A stretch of 45,122 bases of DNA from an uncultured Gammaproteobacteria bacterium (GCA_964350585.1 CAYGKC010000001.1:4862-49983); one strand, 5' to 3'. Positions 1 to 10,301 are shown, counted from the first letter of the stretch. Translations and numbers: made by a program. Notes: a model not told the origin generated them from the letters alone.

Positions 1-282
1 ACCATTTACTGACCATGTTATTGAAGATATAGCATCGACTTGACCCGAAGCCAAAGTAATTACTTCATTAGGGTTTCTTAAATCACAATATAGAATCTCA
101 CCGGTATAGTAGTTACACCATGCCAGTTTTGTACCGGTAGCATCCCATGCAGGATTTAAAAGCAGTCCTCTGCCCCGACCAACAGTTGTTAGAGTAGATC
201 CAAGAAGAGTATGCGAAAGACTATCCGCAAAACAATTTACGGCCAAAACTAAAACAATTCCTAAAATCATAAGCTTCTTCAT
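1..282 (-). CDS. Secreted protein with TolB/PD40-like beta-propeller start (partial, runs off window start)
   Basis: Hand-translated: MKKLMILGIVLVLAVNCFADS...NPAWDATGTKLAW...SSITWSVNG. Signal peptide, PxW-xxxG-xxLA propeller-like motif, AAGGA upstream of ATG. Confidence 0.65.
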   Translation of the reverse strand, partial: MKKLMILGIVLVLAVNCFADSLSHTLLGSTLTTVGRGRGLLLNPAWDATGTKLAWCNYYTGEILYCDLRNPNEVITLASGQVDAISSITWSVNG

Positions 283-427
283 TTCTCATTTTCCTTTGCC
301 TTTGGCTTTGGTAAATTTTGTTTATTTAACACCTATGGTGTTTTTTTAAAGTACTACCTCAACACTCCCTCACAAAAGAGAGTAACATATTATTATCTAA
401 TATTTTATTATTTTTGTCAATAATGTT

Positions 428-3400
428 TTAGTCAACAGTAATAATAGTTTCTATTGCATCAGCTTCTTCAACAATTACTATACTTTCTTCTATCTGTTCA
501 TAAGTGCAACTTCCATCATCTAAATTTGCAGATGAATCATAATTTGTTGCTTCAGAATCAGTACATCCAATTATCTCCTCAGTAGAAGACACATTAACCG
601 GTGTTACAAGTTCATTTTCCATAGTTTCTTCCGTAGAAGAAACAATACTTATCGGTATTACAGGTTCACTTTCCATAGTTTCTTCCGTAGAAGACACATT
701 AACCAGTGTTACAGGTTCATTTTCAGAAGCAGTTTCATAATTACAAGTACCATCATCCATGGTAGCTAATGAATCATAATTGACGGCAGTAATATCTGTA
801 CAACCACTTATAAATATTAAAGACTGTGTACCTTTTGAAGCTAGAGCAATCCAATCAAAGTACAAATCTATTGGGGCTTCATTTTCAAGAATAATATCAA
901 AGCCTAAATTGGATTTATTAGAGAGCAAATAATTTGTAAAAATTGGCGTTCCACTGCTTTGCAAATTAAAGACGACTTTTGGCGTAATACCATATTCTTT
1001 TTTAAACAGTATTTTTGTGCTTGTTGATCCTTTTTGTATTACTGCAGTGCCTGCAGTATCTTCATCTACCAATATATGGTCTTTAAATTCTACTTCCTTT
1101 TCAAAAGTAACCTTTGATTTAAATCCCGCTTCCCCTACAACAGTTATTGTTCCATAAAAATTTGAAGCTCCCATTACTACAAATAAATTTTCCAAAATAA
1201 TATTTTCCCGTATTCTTATGGATTCCGAAGCAAACGAGTCAATAACGTTAATTAAGCTACTATCTTCATTAGAAGTCATTGAGAGTTGAGATTTCAAATC
1301 ATCATTTTTAACAGATAACTCTTGAATTGCCTTAATCATAACGGGAATTAAACTGTCATAGCTTATAGCCCATAAACTCTTAGAATCATCTTGCGGTCTT
1401 GAAACTGCTTCAGGTATAATTCCGTAAACTTCTTGAGCAATCAAACCAATGTTCTCTTTTCCGTCATCAGTAAGCACTAATTTTCCATCAATAATATCTG
1501 ATGAATGTTGCATATACCTTTTGGGAACTAACTGAAGTATTTCATCTAAACCATAATTTAAAGGCTGTTGATTTGTTTTAATTCTATCATCTGACAATGA
1601 ATCCCAACCCCAAGCAACTCCGTATCCGGTATTCATATTATTAGGAAGAGTTAATGAATATTTTGTATTTGTAGCAAACGTTGTAGTACCAATCGCAACT
1701 CTGCCATAAACAAATAAATTACCTTTATTTGAAGGGCTATATGGGTTGCCAATATATACAGTTCCACTATTTCCATAAGGTGAGCCATTTCCGCCTTTTG
1801 CCATATAAATATCACCACCTAAACCTCCTCCATCATCTCCGTCGCCTCCAACTGCAATTTCAACACTGCCAGCATGTCCACCATATGAAGCACCAGATCC
1901 GTTACCTCCCCCGGAAATATAAGTATTGGCGCCACTTTTTCCATCACTTGACATACGATTTTCACCATGAGCAATATATGTTGTTGTTGCTAAAATCGTA
2001 CCCATGACTCCACCACTATTAATTCTCCTCACTTGTAAAAATCCGTAAGTATCATCAGTAGGGCTTATTTTTAATATTTTGAAAGTATTATCCCAAGTAA
2101 GGTCACTAGCATCATCAACAGTAGTCCCATCAGATGGATAATAAGTAAACGATCCAGCCACACCAGAATTCACTGTTCCTGATCCGCCCGTTGCGGGAGT
2201 TGCCCAACTAAAAGTACCGCTTCCATTATTGGTTAAGACCGTTCCAGCTCCTCCCTGCACGCTTGGCCAAGAACTTGTAATATTGTTAATTTTAATTATA
2301 TTTCCATTACTATCGATTGAAAACTTACTTGATCCGACATTTAAACTTGTTGCAGACGCAACACCTAAAGTCGGGGTAACTAATGTCGGCGAAGTTGCCA
2401 AAACCACGTTTCCTGATCCTGTAGTCGCGACCGATGACAATAAACCTGATCCTGTTGTAACTTTAAGCATACCCGTTGCAAGACTCGATGAAACGTTAGA
2501 TATTTCCGTTTGAAGATAATGAACATTTGTATTGTAACCAGACAGTGAATTGTGATCGACTCCTCCAGGCAAAACAACTGCTGAAATTTGCTGCCCACTG
2601 AGGGACAAATTGACTGAAGCTGTATCAGATATAGTCACAGCAGAATGCAAAGCGGTAACTTGCGCATCGGTTAAATGGTTATATTGATTAGTTGTTCCTC
2701 CCTGTAATCCACCTAAATGATTATGACTAATGGATGAAGTTGCAATAGTACCCACTAACCCTGAAGATGCATACATTATGCCTGATAATGCGCCGATAGT
2801 AGCTATACCGCTTATGGTGACATTTCCGTTAACTACCAATGCCGTAGAAGAAACAGTGCCTAAAACATCAAGAGTTGTAGCAGGAGAAACTTTGCCAATT
2901 CCTACACTACCTCCCATAATTGCCATAACGTTAGCTTGAGAAACCAGATGATTGGATGATGTCAAAGTGTTGGAAACAGCACTTAACCCTATACCTACAG
3001 AATTAGCGCCCGTAACAGTTATATTTTGTCCAAATGCCATAGAAGCGGTACCTGTTGCCACTACTAAACGTCCCATAGCTACTGCCGCTTGTCCTGCGGC
3101 ATTACTCATATATCCTAATGCAGTTGCTCCTGATACCCCATCAGCGACGGAATTATAAAAACCTAATGCCACTGAACCGTCTCCATTTACTGATGAGTTC
3201 AAACCACCTACAATTGCTCCCAAACCTATTGCCGCAGTGCTAGAACCTAATGAAACTCCTTTTGAACTGCTTAACAATATTGTTGAAGTTGGCGCTAAAG
3301 CGTTTCCTGATCCGGTATAGACAGGAATTTGTCCAAATAATCCTGAGGCAGAGGTTGGAAGACCCAAGGAAGAGGCTGAAGTAGTTGTAATAATACCGTC

Positions 3401-6382
3401 ATTTGCAGTTAATAAACCGGTATAACTGTTTAATTTTATGGTCGGTGCTGTCAAAAGAATTCTTGTTGCAGACATTGCAATATCAGAATTTGTACCTAAT
3501 GCATTTAAAACAATATCAGAATTTTCGACGTAAGTTTGCGCGGTAATATTTCCGGAATTAGCAATTGTTAAAGTACTGCTACTGTAAGCCCCGGATAACT
3601 GTACGCTTCCTGAACCTAAGGCACCTAAAGTTAAATTGCCATTTCCTGAGGTTTTTACTGCTAAGTTTTGATTGTTATCGGCAGTAAAACTTAAAGTCGT
3701 ATCACCGCTTTCTAATATCTTTTGACCATTCATATATATGGAATTGCCGCTGGTATATAATTCATCAACATAAAGCGAACCTTGAATTGCAACATCATAC
3801 GTTGCAGATGTTGTTGTTCCAATGCCAACTTTTGAATTGTAATAAATGCCGTCAGATGTAGTACTCCATAAACTATCCCCTGTTCCGGCAGGGGCTGATG
3901 TGGCAACTATCTTACCGTTTGCATCACTAGCCAAAAAAGAATTAGTAAAAGGCAAATAAATATTGGTTGAAGTGATGTTAGTTGAACTTACAGCGTTTGC
4001 AATTAAATTTCCTGTGATATTTCCATTCCCATTAATCTGCAATCCGGTAGATGAAACAAAGGCAAAAGTGTTAGTAGCGGTAAAGTTATTAGCAAGAGAA
4101 AGATAAGGTACTGTATTTGAAGCGTTCCAGAATGCTATCCACTGGGAAGAAGAAGCTGTTACAGCATTATATGCGGTGTTCCAGTTTGTAGTTGAAGCAA
4201 GAGTGATATTATATGCTTCCGAACCTTGCCAATTGGCAATGGAAAGATAAGTCTCTCCTGCAGAAGTAATAGTTAAATAAGTAGATGAAGCGTTTGCTAT
4301 TGTAAGATATGTTGAAGCTGCGTTTAGTTGAGATAAATAGGTAGCTGAGGCTAAAGCAAGCGGTAGATAAGTTGCTGTCGCTGAAGCGCTACTGAGATAA
4401 GTAGCTGTTGCAGAGGCAGTGGTAAGATATGATGATGAAGCTGCTAACCAAATAGGATCTGTTTCTTCAGTAATGCCACCTCCAAGACCAAGGGACGAAG
4501 TTGATAATAAGCTATAACCGCCGGAAGAATTGCCAACTAATATTTGTCCATAACTTGGAGCTGTACTTGTACCAGTTCCTCCATATGCTACAGATAAAGC
4601 ATTAGTTAAAACAATATTTTCAGAATAAAGCGTTCCTGTTGTTGTTACGCTTCCATAAATTATTACTTCTGAAGAAGCGCTATTATCGAAGAATACCACT
4701 TTGCCTAGTCCGGCAGGCCTGAAGTGTAGATCAACTCCGGCATCCGCCCAAATTTCATTTGCTGAAATAATGTTAGAGCTAATAGTGGTAAAAGTTGATG
4801 TTTCACTTACATTTAGGTTACCCAATACATGTAAATTGCCTGTTGTAGTAGCACTGCCGTTAATTTGCAAAGCCGTTGAAGAGATATAACCACTAGAGAC
4901 AATATTTCCAGAATTTAAAATTCCTGTAATTTCCAAGTCTCCACCTAACTTAGTGGCTCCTACTACTTCCAACTTAACATTACTTGTTGTGACAGCAGAA
5001 CCTATTACTATGGCATATTCTCCGGATAATCCGGGATAACCAACAAGACTGTTAGAAGATGTCGCCCACCAACCGCCTGAACCTACGGGCCATGTTGCTT
5101 GATATTGTCCACCTAAAGTAATTCCTCCAACTGTTAGATTTCCAATTATGTTTGCATCTCCGGATATTTTTAATCCGGTAGATGAAACAAAGGCAAAAGT
5201 GTTAGTAGCGGTAAAGTTATTAGCAAGAGAAAGATAAGGTACTGTATTTGAAGCGTTCCAGAATGCTATCCACTGGGAAGAAGAAGCTGTTACAGCATTA
5301 TATGCGGTGTTCCAGTTTGTAGTTGAAGCAAGAGTGATATTATATGCTTCCGAACCTTGCCAATTGGCAATGGAAAGATAAGTCTCTCCTGCAGAAGTAA
5401 TAGTTAAATAAGTAGATGAAGCGTTTGCTATTGTAAGATATGTTGAAGCTGCGTTTAGTTGAGATAAATAGGTAGCTGAGGCTAAAGCAAGCGGTAGATA
5501 AGTTGCTGTCGCTGAAGCGCTACTGAGATAAGTAGCTGTTGCAGAGGCAGTGGTAAGATATGATGATGAAGCTGCTAACCAAATAGGATCTGTTTCTTCA
5601 GTAATGCCACCTCCAAGACCAAGGGACGAAGTTGATACTGCTGTAACTACTCCATTTGTCCCCCACAACAAGCCTGAGAGTGAGCCAACTGTTAAATTTG
5701 CCAAATAAGTATTACCCGTAGCAGTAGCATTTCCATTAATCTGCAAAGCCGTTGAAGAAACATAACCGCTAAATATTGCGTTACTTCCTTGTACATTTCC
5801 TGATATTAAAGCATTTGAACCAACATACAAATTAGTAGTTGTTACTCCATTCAAAACCATACCAGAGTTAGAATCCAAAGCAAGTATTTTATTTGCAGTT
5901 GCAGTAGAAGTTGCACTAAAACCGTTTAAAGCTCCGGCATTAAATGCATAAGGAGCCGAGGTAAGACGTTTTCTTGGATTAAATACTTCTTCAAATGTAC
6001 CATTACTATCGGCATCAAAATATACTTGCAAATAAAGAGAGTCGTTGTTAAATATTGTTGGATCAGTAGAAGAAATTGATCCAAGAGGCACAGAAAAAAT
6101 TCCTGTAGTTACTACAACTTGTGTAGAAACACTATTCCATGTTTCAGTCCATAGCAAAGTCCCCCCTGAAGAAGCATCGTATATTTCGAATTTAAAATTA
6201 TAATTCCCCTCTAAAGGACTGCCTGAAGCATCAGAAATTTTTCCTTGGTAATTAAGTTGCGGATTTATCCCGGATGCAGCTTTAGCACTATTGATTAAAG
6301 TAAAAAACACAACAAAAATAAATACAAAACATAGTATTTTAATAGCAATTTTCTTATTTAATTGTAATATTTTTTTTATCAT
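428..6382 (-). CDS. Giant fibre/adhesin-like surface protein (1984 aa) with YadA/Hep-Hag-like head repeats and peptidase S74 intramolecular chaperone
   Basis: N-terminal TM/signal; INPQLNYQGK..LTSAPYA N-domain; Ser/Thr/Gly-rich body; SVALG/ATALG/AVAMG/SMAFG repeats; SDDRIK...GLIAQEV...YDSLIPVMIKAIQEL chaperone motifs; two GCTD..A.NYD..A..DDG.C.Y repeats at the C-terminus. Confidence 0.85.
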   Translation of the reverse strand: MIKKILQLNKKIAIKILCFVFIFVVFFTLINSAKAASGINPQLNYQGKISDASGSPLEGNYNFKFEIYDASSGGTLLWTETWNSVSTQVVVTTGIFSVPLGSISSTDPTIFNNDSLYLQVYFDADSNGTFEEVFNPRKRLTSAPYAFNAGALNGFSATSTATANKILALDSNSGMVLNGVTTTNLYVGSNALISGNVQGSNAIFSGYVSSTALQINGNATATGNTYLANLTVGSLSGLLWGTNGVVTAVSTSSLGLGGGITEETDPIWLAASSSYLTTASATATYLSSASATATYLPLALASATYLSQLNAASTYLTIANASSTYLTITSAGETYLSIANWQGSEAYNITLASTTNWNTAYNAVTASSSQWIAFWNASNTVPYLSLANNFTATNTFAFVSSTGLKISGDANIIGNLTVGGITLGGQYQATWPVGSGGWWATSSNSLVGYPGLSGEYAIVIGSAVTTSNVKLEVVGATKLGGDLEITGILNSGNIVSSGYISSTALQINGSATTTGNLHVLGNLNVSETSTFTTISSNIISANEIWADAGVDLHFRPAGLGKVVFFDNSASSEVIIYGSVTTTGTLYSENIVLTNALSVAYGGTGTSTAPSYGQILVGNSSGGYSLLSTSSLGLGGGITEETDPIWLAASSSYLTTASATATYLSSASATATYLPLALASATYLSQLNAASTYLTIANASSTYLTITSAGETYLSIANWQGSEAYNITLASTTNWNTAYNAVTASSSQWIAFWNASNTVPYLSLANNFTATNTFAFVSSTGLQINGNGNITGNLIANAVSSTNITSTNIYLPFTNSFLASDANGKIVATSAPAGTGDSLWSTTSDGIYYNSKVGIGTTTSATYDVAIQGSLYVDELYTSGNSIYMNGQKILESGDTTLSFTADNNQNLAVKTSGNGNLTLGALGSGSVQLSGAYSSSTLTIANSGNITAQTYVENSDIVLNALGTNSDIAMSATRILLTAPTIKLNSYTGLLTANDGIITTTSASSLGLPTSASGLFGQIPVYTGSGNALAPTSTILLSSSKGVSLGSSTAAIGLGAIVGGLNSSVNGDGSVALGFYNSVADGVSGATALGYMSNAAGQAAVAMGRLVVATGTASMAFGQNITVTGANSVGIGLSAVSNTLTSSNHLVSQANVMAIMGGSVGIGKVSPATTLDVLGTVSSTALVVNGNVTISGIATIGALSGIMYASSGLVGTIATSSISHNHLGGLQGGTTNQYNHLTDAQVTALHSAVTISDTASVNLSLSGQQISAVVLPGGVDHNSLSGYNTNVHYLQTEISNVSSSLATGMLKVTTGSGLLSSVATTGSGNVVLATSPTLVTPTLGVASATSLNVGSSKFSIDSNGNIIKINNITSSWPSVQGGAGTVLTNNGSGTFSWATPATGGSGTVNSGVAGSFTYYPSDGTTVDDASDLTWDNTFKILKISPTDDTYGFLQVRRINSGGVMGTILATTTYIAHGENRMSSDGKSGANTYISGGGNGSGASYGGHAGSVEIAVGGDGDDGGGLGGDIYMAKGGNGSPYGNSGTVYIGNPYSPSNKGNLFVYGRVAIGTTTFATNTKYSLTLPNNMNTGYGVAWGWDSLSDDRIKTNQQPLNYGLDEILQLVPKRYMQHSSDIIDGKLVLTDDGKENIGLIAQEVYGIIPEAVSRPQDDSKSLWAISYDSLIPVMIKAIQELSVKNDDLKSQLSMTSNEDSSLINVIDSFASESIRIRENIILENLFVVMGASNFYGTITVVGEAGFKSKVTFEKEVEFKDHILVDEDTAGTAVIQKGSTSTKILFKKEYGITPKVVFNLQSSGTPIFTNYLLSNKSNLGFDIILENEAPIDLYFDWIALASKGTQSLIFISGCTDITAVNYDSLATMDDGTCNYETASENEPVTLVNVSSTEETMESEPVIPISIVSSTEETMENELVTPVNVSSTEEIIGCTDSEATNYDSSANLDDGSCTYEQIEESIVIVEEADAIETIITVD
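575..724 (-). repeat. Three imperfect tandem units (51-54 bp; EPVxxVxVSSTEETME) in the adhesin C-terminus
   Basis: gtagaaga core recurs at 582, 633 and 687. Confidence 0.8.
4041..4506. repeat. 466-bp intragenic direct repeat, copy A
   Basis: Identical by eye to 5172-5637; offset 1131 bp (377 codons); the protein segment STSSLGLGGGITEETDPIW...FVSSTGL occurs twice. Confidence 0.92.
5172..5637. repeat. 466-bp intragenic direct repeat, copy B
   Basis: Identical by eye to 4041-4506. Confidence 0.92.
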
Positions 6383-6538
6383 TTCAAATCTAAAAAATAA
6401 CAGATTTACTTAGACCTGCTAATTTTATAATTTTCCAAAAAATTATTAATCTCTTGATTAATATTATAACATATATTGTATCTTTCTTCCTAAACATTTT
6501 TTGTTTAAATTTAAAATTATACAACCATTTATCAACAA

Positions 6539-6703
6539 CTAAATGTTAATTTCTTCACTAAGAGCATGGGCGCCATAAACTTCAGAAGAAAACGCCCATG
6601 CTCCAAATATAATAATTGGCACGACAAGTAAAACAAATACAATAAGCACTTTTTTCAAAGTAATTCTTTTCGGTTGATATCTTTCTATAGTTAAAAATGA
6701 CAT
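6539..6703 (-). CDS. Small single-pass membrane protein (54 aa), not in the ORF track
   Basis: MSFLTIERYQPKRITLKKVLIVFVLLVVPIIIFGAWAFSSEVYGAHALSEEINI*. ATG lies 2 nt after the HTH gene stop; basic N-region followed by a hydrophobic helix. Confidence 0.55.
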   Translation of the reverse strand: MSFLTIERYQPKRITLKKVLIVFVLLVVPIIIFGAWAFSSEVYGAHALSEEINI

Positions 6704-6705
6704 GG

Positions 6706-6885
6706 TTATTTTTTAATCATGTTTTTTCGAAGAAACTTAATTAAATCGGATTCAAAAACCCTATATGTTTTATATCCGATTTTTGCAGCGGGTAATTTGC
6801 GCGCACTAATCCAGCGATAAACTGTTTTAAAGCTAACGCTCATTTCTTTTGCCACCTCTTCAATTGTAAGTATTCTTTCTGCCAC
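6706..6885 (-). CDS. Helix-turn-helix DNA-binding protein, excisionase/BldC-like (HTH_17), 59 aa, GTG start; not in the ORF track
   Basis: MAERILTIEEVAKEMSVSFKTVYRWISARKLPAAKIGYKTYRVFESDLIKFLRKNMIKK* matches the LTxxEVAxxLxVSxxTVYRWxxxGxLPAxKIG..R pattern. Confidence 0.85.
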   Translation of the reverse strand: MAERILTIEEVAKEMSVSFKTVYRWISARKLPAAKIGYKTYRVFESDLIKFLRKNMIKK

Positions 6886-6930
6886 TCTAAAAAGAATAAA
6901 AAATAAAACTCACTGGACAATTACATCTTT

Positions 6931-6960
6931 ATTATAATTAAAAATGTCCTTAATTGTCAA
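6931..6960 (-). promoter_or_regulatory. Sigma70 promoter of the HTH gene, overlapped by 10-bp repeats
   Basis: Minus strand TTGACA-N18-TATAAT. Confidence 0.7.
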
Positions 6961-7055
6961 CAATGAGTTATCAACAGTACTTAATTATATTTATTTGTAT
7001 ATTTTTGTCTTTATAAAATTAATATTTGTCCTTAATTGTCTTTAATTGACAAAAT

Positions 7056-10000
7056 TTATCCGTAAATTCCTTCTTCTAAATTATCATCTGAATTATTTAA
7101 ATCTATTATGCTTGATTCTGTTGGTTTTTCATCTACCTTATTGTCTTGTGAAGTACTAATATTTTGTTTATTAACAGAAACGCCTTCAGTGCTCTCATTT
7201 TTTTCTTCTAAAGTTACCGGATTAGCTTCAAAAGTATTTTCTTTGTCAGTTGTAACAACATCTAAAGGTTGTAATTCATTATCTAAATCTTTTGCCTCTT
7301 CGCTTCCAGGATTATCATTGATTTTAAGCGGCAAATCTTTAGCCACAACGCCAGTTTTATTACTGCTCAAATCTATGTTTTCAGTTTTAAACTGATCATA
7401 GCCTTGTTTTTCACCCGTAATATAATAAACATTATCTCCAGCCAAAAATCCATATCTTCCTTTCTTATCAGTAACATAGGCTTCAAGCATTTTATTATAT
7501 TCTGGCGAATATATTTTAGTAACTGCTTGATATAAAGGTTTTTTTGTTTGAGAATCAAAAACAGTTCCCCAATGCTTAACTTTTGTCTTTCGTGAAAGCT
7601 TTTTAAACACTATAAACAGAATAATATGGAAAACAGTAAGGCCAGCCATTATCCATGATGGAGAAATTATCAAAGCAATCAAAGATAATAAAGGTCCAAC
7701 AATACTAAGATTTTTCCTTAACTGATTCCAGAAATAATTTTTTAGCAACTGTTTGTTTGTAATTTTAAGTTCTTGCTGATCTAAAGGAATATTTGCAATA
7801 ATAACTCCTCTACCCTCACTTGAAACCGTAACATTTTCTCCATGGTACAAATCAATATATTCTTTATCGTAAGTAGCTTGTTTTAATATTTCTGAAGGAA
7901 AATCAAAACCGGGTTTGCTAACTTTCAAATAGTAAGTGCCAGAATCTACCAAGAATAAATATCTTCCCTTAGAATCAGTAATTTTAGTCTTAACAAGCTT
8001 ATTCGTAGAAGCATCATATAACCTTAAAGCTGCCAAACCGATTGGCTTTTTTGTAATTGAATTATAAACAACACCCCAACCCTTTCTTTTTCTAAATAAA
8101 ATCCAAGGTATAAATTCTGTAAACATATATTGCAAGTAATACCAAAAATTCCACCAGGGTATTCCTGTAGCAATATTTACTGTTGCCATTGTTGCAATGG
8201 CTGGAGCTGCAGCTTTATTTACAATTTGCACCTCAGGCTTAGCAATTATCTGCGATACTGCTTTTGCACCGTCCTTTACAATTTGCGGAGCAAAATCAGG
8301 AATAACTGCATTTATAATTGCTTCCTGTATCGGTTTTTTAAGAATTTTTATACTTAAAGCTAGAATATTATTTTTGACATCGACCGAACTTCTAAATATT
8401 TCTAAATCATCTCTTTTCAGAAGCAGTGAATATATACCGTTTGGAACCATAAATCCATAGCGACCATCTGAAGCTACTGCTGAAGGATTTTTTATTCCTG
8501 CGCTTTGGTAAATGTCGCCATCTTTTAAAATATACATCTCGATTGCCGAAAGATTATTTTCTTCATCTTCTATTAAAGCAAGCTGTTCAACCTTCAATTG
8601 ATACTTTTTTATATTTTCAGTATTGTCGTCATATATTGTCGTAATCCAAACAGAATTATCTCCAACTTTTGGAGCGGCAAAAGATACCATATAGTAATCT
8701 TTTTGAGAACTGAGCGAAAAGAAATAGTTATTTCCAGATACCGATACCATTATCATTCTTACTGCTTTGGGAATATCTTTAACTAAAGCTTTAATATTTA
8801 CCGTATGCCCTGACAGGAGAGATAAACTGCCATCAGAATCAGGATTGATAGTTAAGGCTTCATTGTTAACACTAAAAATGTAAATTGGAGCTTTTACTTC
8901 TTCAATACAATTAACGCAAATATTAGGAGGTGGAATATCATCATCAATCACCTCTTCATCATTTTTAGTCCACTGTATAGTAAAACAGCCACAATTTGTG
9001 GTTTTATTATCATTATAATTAATAAATGCGGCATAATATGACGCTTGTCCGGAAACCAAAGAATCTGTAAAACTTTGCCCGGTTCCTCTGTATACATTAA
9101 ATCCTTGGGTATCACTTTGGACACATGATGATGACTTTTGCCATTTAAGGTAATTCAATTTAAAAACATCTTCTTCATTAGAAGGGTTATTCCAACCAAC
9201 ACTGACTCTGCCTTCAGAATTTACTACGTTAGTAATGTTTGAAATACATCTGGCTTCTTCTATTCCTTTTGGAATTGCAGAAATACAAGTACCTGGAGAA
9301 TACTGGCCATAACTATTTTTAACAAAAATCTTATAATAATAAACTTTGCCATTAATTAAATTTGTATGTTTATAGCTCTGAGAAATACTATCTTTTAATA
9401 ATGTACCGTCGGTTATTTTTGTATTTTCATTGCATTCAGATACTGCTCTAACCATTACAGATGAAATTTTAAAATCATCAGAAACGTTATCTTCCGGATT
9501 TTTCCAAGAAATAGAAATTTCTTTATTACCTGGAACAGCTAATAAAGATGCAACTTCTGAAATTCCCCTCTTATACAAAGCGTATGCGGATGATTTTTCA
9601 CCTGCAGTGTTATAAACACAAGTGGTATAATCATGATTCTGAGAAAATGCGATATTTAAATTGCTATCATTATATGTAACATTAAACAAAGCAGGTTCTG
9701 CTTTTTTTAATTCGTCTATATAGTTGTTGCCTGTACAATCGGACTGACCGCGATACAAAGCATATCTAACTATATCGGAATAATCAGGATATGTGGTTTT
9801 TAAAACCAGGGCATTTGCCAAAGGAGAAATCAAAAGTGAAGGAGCCGGAATAACACAGTTGGTCGAAAAGCTTCCCTCATAACTTGCGTTATACGTTCCG
9901 CTCTCTGCATTAATTGAAAAATAATACTGCCCAGATGCCAAAAGATTGCTGATTACCGCCAAATGTGAAGGCTGATTTTCAGTTATATCAATTCTATTCT

Positions 10001-10301
10001 TCTGACTTTCATTGCTCTTCAACCAATATTCAATATATCCTGTTGAATTTTGGGGACTTGTAGAAGTAGCCCCTTCCGTAAGAACCGTTGACCAACTAAT
10101 TGATGCTTCCTTGCAGTTTATTGAAACCTGAGGAGTTTCAATACTAAATACATAAATTGGCGGTGGTGGAGGAGGTGGCGGTGGTGGAGGAGGACGACCA
10201 ACAACACTTGCTCCGATATTTAAACCGCTTTGTGCTGCAAAAACAAAAATAGGTATGATCAGTATAAATAAAAATAATAATAAAATTTTATTCCTTAGCA
10301 T
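7056..10301 (-). CDS. Large membrane-anchored surface protein (1081 aa) with FN3-like and carboxypeptidase-regulatory-like domains
   Basis: Signal peptide, 12-Pro linker, FN3-like repeats (ISISWKNP...YYYKIF), two WGxV(Y/F)(N/D)SxTKKP...TDxxGRY beta-sandwich units separated by TM helices, acidic tail. Confidence 0.75.
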   Translation of the reverse strand: MLRNKILLLFLFILIIPIFVFAAQSGLNIGASVVGRPPPPPPPPPPPPIYVFSIETPQVSINCKEASISWSTVLTEGATSTSPQNSTGYIEYWLKSNESQKNRIDITENQPSHLAVISNLLASGQYYFSINAESGTYNASYEGSFSTNCVIPAPSLLISPLANALVLKTTYPDYSDIVRYALYRGQSDCTGNNYIDELKKAEPALFNVTYNDSNLNIAFSQNHDYTTCVYNTAGEKSSAYALYKRGISEVASLLAVPGNKEISISWKNPEDNVSDDFKISSVMVRAVSECNENTKITDGTLLKDSISQSYKHTNLINGKVYYYKIFVKNSYGQYSPGTCISAIPKGIEEARCISNITNVVNSEGRVSVGWNNPSNEEDVFKLNYLKWQKSSSCVQSDTQGFNVYRGTGQSFTDSLVSGQASYYAAFINYNDNKTTNCGCFTIQWTKNDEEVIDDDIPPPNICVNCIEEVKAPIYIFSVNNEALTINPDSDGSLSLLSGHTVNIKALVKDIPKAVRMIMVSVSGNNYFFSLSSQKDYYMVSFAAPKVGDNSVWITTIYDDNTENIKKYQLKVEQLALIEDEENNLSAIEMYILKDGDIYQSAGIKNPSAVASDGRYGFMVPNGIYSLLLKRDDLEIFRSSVDVKNNILALSIKILKKPIQEAIINAVIPDFAPQIVKDGAKAVSQIIAKPEVQIVNKAAAPAIATMATVNIATGIPWWNFWYYLQYMFTEFIPWILFRKRKGWGVVYNSITKKPIGLAALRLYDASTNKLVKTKITDSKGRYLFLVDSGTYYLKVSKPGFDFPSEILKQATYDKEYIDLYHGENVTVSSEGRGVIIANIPLDQQELKITNKQLLKNYFWNQLRKNLSIVGPLLSLIALIISPSWIMAGLTVFHIILFIVFKKLSRKTKVKHWGTVFDSQTKKPLYQAVTKIYSPEYNKMLEAYVTDKKGRYGFLAGDNVYYITGEKQGYDQFKTENIDLSSNKTGVVAKDLPLKINDNPGSEEAKDLDNELQPLDVVTTDKENTFEANPVTLEEKNESTEGVSVNKQNISTSQDNKVDEKPTESSIIDLNNSDDNLEEGIYG

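Noticed and set aside
428..6885. Prophage, suggested by the tail-fibre-like protein and excisionase-like gene
   Set aside because: No integrase, terminase, capsid or lysis genes; the fibre has a signal/TM N-terminus and lies among host surface genes.
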